A stretch of 25,730 nucleotides of DNA. Origin: Myxococcota bacterium. GTDB lineage: Bacteria > Myxococcota_A > UBA796 > GCA-2862545. Below, in pieces: positions 8,332 to 16,341 of the stretch; positions within the stretch are counted from its first letter, which is position 1, and each line of letters begins with the position of its first letter. The DNA is taken from assembly GCA_039208735.1 (NCBI GenBank), contig JBCCQY010000134.1, positions 1-25,730 of the forward strand. The letters are read 5' to 3'. The notes under the pieces were generated by a model. It was given only the letters and a program-made list of their open reading frames with translations. It did not search any database and had not been told where the DNA came from. The translations under genes and the position numbers were made by a program.

Positions 8332-9669
8332 ATGTGGTGGCTCTTCCTTGCAACACTGACCGCAACTTCGGCCGTTCCTGAAACCGCGCCGGTCGAAGCG
8401 CGATCCTCGATCGCCGTCCGCTACCTCCAACTGCTCGACGGCGATCGAGCCGTGCGAACGCGGGCCCTGGACGCGGTCACAGGACGCTTTGCCGTTGACC
8501 AGGTGCCGATGGCGCTGGAAGTCGTTCGATTCGCCCAGGATCCAAAAGTGGTGGACGTCCTTTGGGCTTGGATCGCGCGCGGCACCCACACCCCACCGGG
8601 AGACGGTCCCGCCGCGTGGCGCTGGTTGTGGGCGCAAACGTACACCCCCCACCCCGACTACGCTCTCTTCAAAGCCACTTTGTACCGAAACATCGACCCG
8701 AAGTTTGAGCGGTATTTTCAAACCACCCCCTCCCCCCGCATTCGACTGGACGAGATTCGATGGGGTGGTGTGCGCCAGGACGGCATTCCTCCACTCCGAG
8801 ATCCCAAGCTCGAGACGGCTCCAGAGGCCACCTGGCTGAACGCCCGAGATGTGGTGTTTGGCACCGTGGTGGATGGTCAGGCGCGTGCGTTCCCCAAACG
8901 CATCCTCGCCTGGCACGAGTTGCTCACCATGACCATCGGCGACACCACCATTGCCGGTGTCTACTGCACACTCTGCGGCAGCATGATCGTGTACCGCACC
9001 ACCGTCGATGGCGTCACACATGATCTGGGTACCAGCGGCTTTCTTTACCGATCCAACAAGCTCATGTACGACAAAGCCACCCAGTCGCTCTGGTCCACGC
9101 TCGGAGGATTTCCGGTGGTCGGTCCGCTTGCCGACCAACCGATCGGGTTGCCGATGCATAGTGTGGTCACCACCACCTGGGGCGCATGGCGCGAACGTCA
9201 TCCTGACACGCTCGTGCTGTCCATCAAGACCGGACATCGCAGGGACTACGGGGAAGGTGTCGCCTACCGGGACTACTTCGCCACCGACCGGCTGATGTTT
9301 GCCGTGCCGAACCTCGATGATCGGCTCTCCAACAAGGCTCCCGTCCTCGCACTGCGGCGGGGAACGGACCCGGTGGCCATCTCGTCGCGTTTTCTTCGCA
9401 AGCACCCCGTCCACCACGAAGTTGTCGATGGGACGTCGCTGGTGGTACTCACCGACCGGTCCGGCGCCCACCGCGTCTACGAGGCTCAAGGCCAGACCTT
9501 CGTGCGGACCGATCGGAAACGAACCGCGACGGATCGCCAGGGCAAAACCTGGACCATTACCGAGGACGGGCTGGTCCACGGAGACCTCAGACTGCCCCGA
9601 GTGCCCGCTCACAACGCCTTTTGGTTTGGCTGGCGTGCGGCCTGGCCCACGACGCGGCTCGTTCAGTAG
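8332..9669 (+). CDS. Secreted DUF3179-domain protein (CxxC motif)
   Basis: Start moved to ATG 8332 (MWWLFLATLTATSA signal). Motifs WGGV..DGIPPL, ARAFP..IL.WHE, YCTLCGS, GTSGFLYRSNKLMYD..T.SLWS, TTWGAW...HPDT, FWFGW. Confidence 0.85.
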   Translation: MWWLFLATLTATSAVPETAPVEARSSIAVRYLQLLDGDRAVRTRALDAVTGRFAVDQVPMALEVVRFAQDPKVVDVLWAWIARGTHTPPGDGPAAWRWLWAQTYTPHPDYALFKATLYRNIDPKFERYFQTTPSPRIRLDEIRWGGVRQDGIPPLRDPKLETAPEATWLNARDVVFGTVVDGQARAFPKRILAWHELLTMTIGDTTIAGVYCTLCGSMIVYRTTVDGVTHDLGTSGFLYRSNKLMYDKATQSLWSTLGGFPVVGPLADQPIGLPMHSVVTTTWGAWRERHPDTLVLSIKTGHRRDYGEGVAYRDYFATDRLMFAVPNLDDRLSNKAPVLALRRGTDPVAISSRFLRKHPVHHEVVDGTSLVVLTDRSGAHRVYEAQGQTFVRTDRKRTATDRQGKTWTITEDGLVHGDLRLPRVPAHNAFWFGWRAAWPTTRLVQ

Positions 9670-9693
9670 TCCATCGTCAGGAATCGGTTCGAT

Positions 9694-10932
9694 GTGGATC
9701 GAAGCTCGTCGAACCAGATCCGAGGGACAATCGTCGGTCGTCACCAGGGGGGCCTGCCGTTGTCCGATGCCATTGCCGAACATCCTTTGGGCCGGGCGGT
9801 CGAACTCGGAAGCGAATTGCTTGCCGAACTCGACGAAGAGCGCCTGTTGTCTGCCATCTTCGATGCGTTCCAACAGGTGATCGACGCCGCCGGTGGAACG
9901 CTGCTCACCCAGAGCGGGTCGTTGTGGGTCGAACGTCGCGCGGCGAAGCTCTCGCTCCACCAGCTGGACGCCGAATGGTTCGCATCTGCACAGGCCAGCC
10001 GTTGCCCAGAACTTCGAACCCTTCCCCATAACGGAGGGCGAGCCATCGTCATCACCATGGGAGAGCCGGATGAATTCTGCGCCTGTGTGGTGCTCGAGGG
10101 GGGCTCACTTGACGATGACGCCGCAGTGGCCGTCACGGCGCCGCTGGCCAAACTCGCCACGGTCGCCCTACGCAACGCCTCCCGCGTCCAAGGGATGCTC
10201 GAGACGCAACGCCTCGACGATGAGGTGGCCATTTCGGCGTTCACCCAGCGCCAGGTCTTGCCTCCCCAACCGCCAAGGGTCCAGGGGCTGGACATCTCCG
10301 TGCACTTTCGGTCGTCGCGCCTGGGCTGCGGGGGAGACTTCTTTGACTTCATCCCCTTGGCCGACGAAAGCCTGGTGTTCTGTGTGGCCAACTTCTCGGG
10401 ATTTGGGACCGCCACCGCACTCCTGATGGCCACTGTGCGCGGATACCTGCGCGCAACGTTGACCGTCGCCGGTCCCCAGTTGGGAGACTTAGTGGCGGGC
10501 TTGGACCAGGTGATCGAGGACGCGCCCGACGACCTGCAGTTTGCCACTGCGTTCATCGGCCACATCGATCCCACGAGGACGCGCTTGCGGTACTGCAACG
10601 CCGGTCATGAAAGCGGTCTCCTCGTAGCCGAAGACTGCATCGAAGAACTCCATGCGGCCGCGCCTCCGCTTGGCGTGATGGTCGGCCTTGTGCCGGAGGC
10701 AAGCGAAGTGCCGCTCCTTCCTGGGGCCACCCTGGTGCTGGCCACCGAAGGCTTTCTCGAGGCGGTCGACTCCGAAGCCCCTCGTCCACAGCTGCGAAAT
10801 GTCACCGCCGCCGCAGCCCATGGGCGCACCTCCAGCGAGGTCCGCAACCGCATCGTCAAAACCCTCTCTCCCACACGGCACCCCGCCGATCAGGACGAAA
10901 CCCTGATCGTGATCCGAAGCGAGGCTCCATGA
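9694..10932 (+). CDS. RsbU/SpoIIE-like PP2C-family protein with degenerate GAF-like N-terminus; probably catalytically impaired
   Basis: QRQVLPP, GGDFFD, YCNAGH, PPLGV identify the SpoIIE fold; metal-binding motifs read ANFSGFG, TEG and QDET. Start codon uncertain. Confidence 0.82.
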   Translation: MDRSSSNQIRGTIVGRHQGGLPLSDAIAEHPLGRAVELGSELLAELDEERLLSAIFDAFQQVIDAAGGTLLTQSGSLWVERRAAKLSLHQLDAEWFASAQASRCPELRTLPHNGGRAIVITMGEPDEFCACVVLEGGSLDDDAAVAVTAPLAKLATVALRNASRVQGMLETQRLDDEVAISAFTQRQVLPPQPPRVQGLDISVHFRSSRLGCGGDFFDFIPLADESLVFCVANFSGFGTATALLMATVRGYLRATLTVAGPQLGDLVAGLDQVIEDAPDDLQFATAFIGHIDPTRTRLRYCNAGHESGLLVAEDCIEELHAAAPPLGVMVGLVPEASEVPLLPGATLVLATEGFLEAVDSEAPRPQLRNVTAAAAHGRTSSEVRNRIVKTLSPTRHPADQDETLIVIRSEAP

Positions 10933-11432
10933 ACAAGCGACACTTGTACCGCGTCCAACTGGATCACCCCGTGGAGATCTCGTTCGGGGAGGGGTTCGAA
11001 TCCGCCCGATGCAAGGATCTGACCGCAGGCGGAATGTTCGTGGCGACCGCACATCGCCCCGACTACGGCACGTCCGTCGCGATTCGGCTCGACCTGCCCG
11101 ACCATGGCACGGTCGACCTGACCGGTCGGGTGCGGTGGTCACGCGATGGGGGATTCGGCGTCCAGTTCGACGAACCGAGCCAAGACGTCACCTATGCGCT
11201 GACCGCGTTTCTCCATCAGGCCGCTCAGGCGGCCAACAAGGCCTCCCAGGCTCCCAACGTCGAAAGCGAAGTGTTCAGGCTGCTCGAAGCCCAGCTTCAA
11301 CGGCATGGACCCGACGCCCTCGCGCGAGCCCTGTCCGAGTTCCTGGGCAACTACGCACTCCAGGTCGACATCGCCAAAGCCGCGTTGGTCGAACGGAGTC
11401 GTCGACGAAGCGAGGAGGCTGAGTCCGTATGA
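10929..11432 (+). CDS. PilZ-domain protein with C-terminal helical extension
   Basis: RHLYR (RxxxR), DLTAGGMFV (D/N-x-S-x-x-G-like), GRVRW...GFGVQF; ATGA overlap with the upstream gene. Confidence 0.85.
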   Translation: MNKRHLYRVQLDHPVEISFGEGFESARCKDLTAGGMFVATAHRPDYGTSVAIRLDLPDHGTVDLTGRVRWSRDGGFGVQFDEPSQDVTYALTAFLHQAAQAANKASQAPNVESEVFRLLEAQLQRHGPDALARALSEFLGNYALQVDIAKAALVERSRRRSEEAESV

Positions 11433-12271
11433 GCAAGCCACCAATTCCGGCGGGAGACGCCCTTCGCATCCTGGCTCTCGAGTCGCTTCGCATTCTCGAT
11501 ACGCCCGATGACCCCCAATTCGATTGCATTACGGCCGCCGTCGCGCAGCACTTCAACGTGCCGGTTGCCTTGGTGTCCCTCGTGGACCGAGACCGGCAGT
11601 GGTTCAAGTCACGATTCGGGTCGGTTCCCCCTGAAACCCCCCGGGACCACGCGTTCTGCGCGTACACCATCGTGGGGTCCGAGCCGCTCGTCGTGCCCGA
11701 CGCCACCGCGGACCCCCGCTTCGCCGATAATCCAATTGTCACCGGGGAGTTTGGGCTTCGAGCTTACGCGGGCGCATCCATCACCTATGACGGCTGGCCG
11801 CTGGGGTCGGTGTGCATCATTGACCACCACCCGCGCCATGATCTGACGTCGTTCGGAGCCCTCGAGGATGGGGCTCGCGAAATCGAGCAAGTGCTCGCCG
11901 GATGGGGGCGATGGTCGTTCACCACACGTCGCCCCCAAGGTCGTCCAAACGATCCGAGTTCGCTGCCTATCCACATCGAAGGGAAAGGACCCGAACGATT
12001 GGTCATCGTGGACCAGCCCTTGGTGGGCCGACCGGCCGACTACTGGAGCCGGCACGTGCTGAGCCGAATCGACCGTTGCGAGGTCCAGCGGGTGGAGTTG
12101 GACCTGAGTCGCTGCGACAACATCGACAAGACCGGAGCGGCTGCGCTCGCCTTACTGCATCGAACGTGTCGGAAGCAGGGCATTTCGCTGCAGATGATTG
12201 CTGCGACCTCTGCGGTGATGGGCCGGTTGCGTCGATGGAGCCTGCTTCGTACGCTTACCGGCATGCCGTAA
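11429..12271 (+). CDS. GAF + STAS (anti-anti-sigma-like) fusion protein
   Basis: GAF: ILDTP...FD...PVALVSLVDRDRQWFKS...AFCAYTI...VVPDATADPRFADNP...AYAGA...GSVCIID. STAS: VELDLSRCDNIDKTGAAAL...GISLQM. ATGA overlap with pilZ. Confidence 0.82.
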   Translation: MSKPPIPAGDALRILALESLRILDTPDDPQFDCITAAVAQHFNVPVALVSLVDRDRQWFKSRFGSVPPETPRDHAFCAYTIVGSEPLVVPDATADPRFADNPIVTGEFGLRAYAGASITYDGWPLGSVCIIDHHPRHDLTSFGALEDGAREIEQVLAGWGRWSFTTRRPQGRPNDPSSLPIHIEGKGPERLVIVDQPLVGRPADYWSRHVLSRIDRCEVQRVELDLSRCDNIDKTGAAALALLHRTCRKQGISLQMIAATSAVMGRLRRWSLLRTLTGMP

Positions 12272-12313
12272 CCGTCCCTTTCGAGGCCCGGACCCGAACG
12301 TTACGGACCGGCC

Positions 12314-13030
12314 ATGAACGCCATCGGCTTGTCGTTGTGGATGTGGTTGCTCATCGCCTGCGGTCGGAGCAGCTCTACGCCGCCTCCCACGCCGGCAAAA
12401 CCTCAGTTGCTCCCGTGGGTGGAGCAGCTCACCGCCAACGCCAACAAGGATGCCACCTTGCCCCTGGTGGTGACGATGCACGGTCGAGGCAGCGACCCGG
12501 AGCGGTTCCAGAAGTTCTTCGCCGATCTCGACGTTCCCATGCGGATCGCCCACCTCGAAGCCCCTGTGCTCGAGCATGATGGACGCGCTTGGTTCACGTT
12601 CCGAGGCCGTACGCGGCAGGACCTCCGCAACGAGGTAGACCGCCTCGCCGATCTCGCAGTGAAGACCACGGAGCGCATCGAGCAAACTCGACCCACCGAA
12701 GGCAAGCCGATCCTCGTGGGCTTCTCGCAAGGGGCGATGGTGGTGTACGCGTGCGTGCTCCGCCACCCCGGCGTTTACCGCAAGGCCCTCCCGGTCAGCG
12801 GAGTGCTGTTCACGGAACCCCCGACCGACCACAACGCGGGCGACATGCCTCCGGTCGTGGCGATGCACGGGGAGCGCGACCCCGTCATTGGCCCGGCCGC
12901 AAGCGTCGATGCGGTGCGGGCGCTGCAACAACTCGGCACCCAGGCCGAGCTGCGACTATTCCCCGATGCGGTGCACTGGATCGACGGCGAATTGCAAAAG
13001 GCGCTCTTCGAAGAACTCAAAATGCGCTAG
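12314..13030 (+). CDS. Phospholipase/carboxylesterase (alpha/beta hydrolase), possible lipoprotein
   Basis: MHGRGS oxyanion region, GFSQG nucleophile, HGERDPVI Asp, AVHWI His; N-terminal LLIACG lipobox-like. Confidence 0.88.
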   Translation: MNAIGLSLWMWLLIACGRSSSTPPPTPAKPQLLPWVEQLTANANKDATLPLVVTMHGRGSDPERFQKFFADLDVPMRIAHLEAPVLEHDGRAWFTFRGRTRQDLRNEVDRLADLAVKTTERIEQTRPTEGKPILVGFSQGAMVVYACVLRHPGVYRKALPVSGVLFTEPPTDHNAGDMPPVVAMHGERDPVIGPAASVDAVRALQQLGTQAELRLFPDAVHWIDGELQKALFEELKMR

Positions 13031-13779
13031 CGCAACTCGGGCCACAAGCGGGTGATCGACGTGGGATCGAGTTCGATGGCGAACAGATCCCCCTTGCGCC
13101 ACAAGGTTCCCGAAGCCTCGAGGGGCTCTGCGACGAAGGGCAAAATGGCCTCGTGGATGTCCGTGCGTCCCGGCCCCGTCACCAACACATGGCTCCGTCG
13201 ACCGTCGGACGCATGGGTCACCAGCACAGGCGGCACGCCACCCCGAACACATAGCTGGGCACACGCGCGATGGCCTTTCCCAGAGCCCGGACGCATTCGC
13301 CCGTAGTAGCACTTCGAATCCACAATTTCACCAGCCAACTCGATGGGGCCCAATCCTTGCCAATCGAGCGCGTGGAGTTCCGCGACCGTCGCTTCGGGCA
13401 ACTCCGCATCCTCGAGTCCCCAGACTTCGAGGAAACGACGCCCATCACGATTCATGCCAAAGCCTCGGACCTTGACGACCTGGCCCACCTTGTTGGCGAA
13501 GGAGCCTTGCAACCCGGCCTTGGATCCTTGTGAGAGCAGCACGGTGGCCGGTCCTTCGTCGGTGGTCACCACAAGGTGGGCGTAGGGCTCGGAAAGGTAG
13601 ATGCCTAGGTATTCCGTCTGCTTTCGCTCCGATGCCCCCGGTGAGGATTGGAGCTGGGCAATCGCGGCCGCCGAGCCAGCAAACAGCAGGATGAGCGCCA
13701 CCGAAATGCCCACCAAAAACCCAAGGGAGCGGCGAGACGGACCGGCCCAACCGATAAAGAAGTCCTCTTGTTCGGCCAT
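13027..13779 (-). CDS. Membrane-anchored hypothetical protein with C-x13-H-x2-C-x3-C motif
   Basis: Start moved to ATG 13779 (MAEQEDFFIGWA; SD AGGAGG). One N-terminal TM helix; GEIVDSKCYYGRMRPGSGKGHRACAQLCVRGGVPP. Confidence 0.78.
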   Translation of the reverse strand: MAEQEDFFIGWAGPSRRSLGFLVGISVALILLFAGSAAAIAQLQSSPGASERKQTEYLGIYLSEPYAHLVVTTDEGPATVLLSQGSKAGLQGSFANKVGQVVKVRGFGMNRDGRRFLEVWGLEDAELPEATVAELHALDWQGLGPIELAGEIVDSKCYYGRMRPGSGKGHRACAQLCVRGGVPPVLVTHASDGRRSHVLVTGPGRTDIHEAILPFVAEPLEASGTLWRKGDLFAIELDPTSITRLWPELR

Positions 13780-13781
13780 GG

Positions 13782-14792
13782 TCAACCCTCCTTCGGAGTG
13801 GGATGAACGTAGACGCGGCCGCCTTCGATCTTCACGGGGTAGGTGTCGACTTCCTCGGTAAAGGGAGGGGGCGATTTGCCGTCCTCGGGTCGGTACTGCC
13901 ACCCATGCCAGGGGCAGGTGAGACACCCATCGATGATGCGGCCTTCATCGAGTGGACCTCCTTGATGGCGGCACACCGCGTGCAGCGCGTAGACCTCGCC
14001 TTCGTGCAGCATCACCGCAATACGCTCCCCGCTTGGGGGCGTGACCGCGGTGGGCTTGCCCTCGACCAGCGCCGTACGTAGCCCCGCATCGAGCCACCCC
14101 TCGGACACGGGATTTGGCGCATCCCCGCTTCGACTCCGCGACGCGGCGACGAGATGCAAGCCCGAGACCCACACCAGACTGCCCCCCAACAACAGTGCGT
14201 TGCCGATGTGGGTGTCGTACTGCATCGCACCGAACGCCACGTGCAAGACGGCCAGGGTGTAGACGCCGTACACCCCCATGTGGAGGGTCTTCCAACCCCA
14301 TGCACCCAGGTTGCGGTTCCACCAGTCGTGGCTCGTGGCGGCCATCACAAACAGGTAGATGAGCGCGACCGCTCCAAAGATTTGGAACGGCAACGACGCC
14401 TGATGGAACCCCGTGTCGTGCAGGAAGAGGGATTGGAGCTGCGGCGTGACCGGGCTGCGCGAGTGGTACCACCCCAGCACCTCGTAGGCGTGCCGGCCAA
14501 GGACCAAGAAGGTGATGACGCCGAGGTGCCGCCGGTTGTAAAGCAGCGGCAGAAACCTTCGATCGAGCCTCGCAAGTGGACCGATCGACAAGATGAGCGT
14601 GAGCAAGAGGAATCCGCAGGACCCCCACGCCCGCATCTTGATGGTCTCCGCGATGAACGCCTCTTCGCCCGTGTAGACGCTGCGAGCCAACATCTGAAAG
14701 ACGGTGGTGTAGACATAGATCAGCGCGACCACAACGACGTCGAAGCCGATCTTGAACCGGTTGACCTGCACCGGCACGTAGCCCGCACTCAT
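13782..14792 (-). CDS. Ferric-reductase-like (MsrQ/YedZ-type) heme-binding membrane domain fused to a C-terminal Rieske [2Fe-2S] domain
   Basis: Start moved to ATG 14792 (MSAGYVPVQ). Motifs LSIGPLARL, YNRRHLGV, MAATSHD, WKTLHMGVY, LHVA; Rieske boxes CRHQGGPL and CPWHG. Confidence 0.9.
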   Translation of the reverse strand: MSAGYVPVQVNRFKIGFDVVVVALIYVYTTVFQMLARSVYTGEEAFIAETIKMRAWGSCGFLLLTLILSIGPLARLDRRFLPLLYNRRHLGVITFLVLGRHAYEVLGWYHSRSPVTPQLQSLFLHDTGFHQASLPFQIFGAVALIYLFVMAATSHDWWNRNLGAWGWKTLHMGVYGVYTLAVLHVAFGAMQYDTHIGNALLLGGSLVWVSGLHLVAASRSRSGDAPNPVSEGWLDAGLRTALVEGKPTAVTPPSGERIAVMLHEGEVYALHAVCRHQGGPLDEGRIIDGCLTCPWHGWQYRPEDGKSPPPFTEEVDTYPVKIEGGRVYVHPTPKEG

Positions 14793-14935
14793 GGCGCAAC
14801 TCCCGAAAGCACGGCGGGCGGGTCTGAAACCGGCAACACCGCGGGGTAGAGCGTCGCGTAGACGACAGCGCCCACCAAAAGGGGTCCGATGACCCACCAG
14901 ATGCGCTGATGGGCTTGGCGCTGCCCACGCCTCAT
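14789..14935 (-). CDS. Small (48 aa) single-TM membrane protein
   Basis: MRRGQRQAHQRIWWVIGPLLVGAVVYATLYPAVLPVSDPPAVLSGVAP; SD GAGGAG; ATGA overlaps with both neighbours. Confidence 0.7.
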   Translation of the reverse strand: MRRGQRQAHQRIWWVIGPLLVGAVVYATLYPAVLPVSDPPAVLSGVAP

Positions 14936-15162
14936 GACGACTCCTCGACGCCTTCGGCCCAGGACCGTCCTCGAATCCACCACAGCAACACGATGGGCCA
15001 CAACGCAGCCACACCGGGCAGGATCAAAGGTCGAAAGGTCCAGGACCCCCCAGCTCCTGCATCGATGCGTGTCACCCCGAAAAGGACGAAGGGAATCCCG
15101 ACGGCAAGGCCTATCGCCAGCCACCCTCCCCCTGCCCAGAGAATCAACTCGGCCTCGTTCAC
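14932..15162 (-). CDS. Small (76 aa) two-TM membrane protein
   Basis: GTG 15162 preceded by AGGAGG; GLAVGIPFVLFGVTRID..A.GS..FRPLILPGVAALWP. Confidence 0.72.
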   Translation of the reverse strand: MNEAELILWAGGGWLAIGLAVGIPFVLFGVTRIDAGAGGSWTFRPLILPGVAALWPIVLLWWIRGRSWAEGVEESS

Positions 15163-15198
15163 CTGCCCTCCTGACGCCTGCATGCTACGACGGGCCCC

Positions 15199-16341
15199 GT
15201 GAACAATAAACCTTCACGGCGGCGCGTCTTCATGGTGGATGTCCTCCGGATCATCGCTTCGTTGCAGATGATCAACGGACATACGCTCGATGCATTGCTC
15301 ACCCCTGCCTGGGAGTCGGGCCCTACGTTCGTCCGTTACACGTGGTACCGCGGGCTGGTCTCGGTGGCGTTTCTGCTCGTGGCCGGCATGGCGTATTACC
15401 TGGCCACGCTTCGACGGTTCGACGCCCACAAGTCGAACCCCGAAGCGGTCCGACGACGGTTTCGCCGCGGCATCGACCTCGTGCTCATCGGCTATGCCCT
15501 CCGCATCCCGTGGAACCTCTTTGGGCCCGACCCCGAACTTGCGGCCCGCCAATGGTCGTGGCTCATCACCTGCGGGGTTCTGCAATGCATTGGCATTACG
15601 CTCATCATGCTCGAAGCGATGACGTGGTTCGCCAAGAAACCGAGCCAGGTCGTCGGTGGTGCCATCGCCCTCGCCACCCTTCTCTTCGCGGCGGCACCCT
15701 GGCTCGACACGCTGCAGTTTGAAGGGTCAAGCCGAATCCTGATGAACTACCTGTCGCATCAGGGGGGGTCCCCATTCCCCGTCGCGCCATGGGGCGCCTA
15801 CATGCTGGGTGGTGTGGCCATTGGTGCCTTCGTCCTGCCTCAGGGTTCGGACACCCCGCTCTGGAGCAGGCTCCTCCGTCTTGGGATGCTCGGTGGCGCC
15901 TCTTACCTCGCTTATCAGTCGCTCAAGGGCAACCCGGTCCCCTTCCAAACCGCCGATACAACCTACTCGGCGCGACCGATCGCCGCCTTCGACCGACTTC
16001 GCGGCATCACGGCCCTCTTGGCGGGCCTTGCGGTGCTCTGCCATCCGATTCGCCGACTGCCTCGGGTGTTTGCCATTGTCTCTGGCGAAACGCTCGCCGT
16101 GTATGTCATCCACCTTGTTCTGCTCTTCCAACCGCCATTCAACCTGGCGTGGCGACTGGGTCTCGCCCAGTACGAACTCGAGCAAGCATTGCTCGTCTCG
16201 CTCGCCATGATCGTGACGACGATCGCGCTGACACTGTTGTGGCACGAGCAGAAGAAACGCGGCTGGCTCCGCTCAGTCCGTAGGTGGTTCGTCGAGCGTT
16301 TGCTGGGGAGCGAGGATCGAGATGCACGCGTTGTCAAATAG
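15199..16341 (+). CDS. Membrane acyltransferase, DUF1624/heparan-alpha-glucosaminide N-acetyltransferase-like
   Basis: R..MVDVLRIIASLQMINGH N-terminal motif, FLLVAG, VLQCIG, SPFPVAPW, TLAVYVIHL; multiple TM helices. Confidence 0.72.
   Translation: MNNKPSRRRVFMVDVLRIIASLQMINGHTLDALLTPAWESGPTFVRYTWYRGLVSVAFLLVAGMAYYLATLRRFDAHKSNPEAVRRRFRRGIDLVLIGYALRIPWNLFGPDPELAARQWSWLITCGVLQCIGITLIMLEAMTWFAKKPSQVVGGAIALATLLFAAAPWLDTLQFEGSSRILMNYLSHQGGSPFPVAPWGAYMLGGVAIGAFVLPQGSDTPLWSRLLRLGMLGGASYLAYQSLKGNPVPFQTADTTYSARPIAAFDRLRGITALLAGLAVLCHPIRRLPRVFAIVSGETLAVYVIHLVLLFQPPFNLAWRLGLAQYELEQALLVSLAMIVTTIALTLLWHEQKKRGWLRSVRRWFVERLLGSEDRDARVVK

Noticed and set aside
8960..8985. Possible selenocysteine in DUF3179
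   Set aside because: Both Cys codons are TGC and there is no in-frame TGA.
7969..10029. 686-aa minus-strand ORF, the longest in the track
   Set aside because: Antisense shadow of three well-supported plus-strand genes; no motifs, and such ORFs are common in high-GC DNA.
13027..13030. Convergent stop codons overlapping in CTAG
   Set aside because: Common compact arrangement with no functional evidence.
13782..14792. Naming the gene msrQ (and 18246-19340 mprF)
   Set aside because: Architectures differ (Rieske fusion without msrP; no flippase), so orthology is unsupported.
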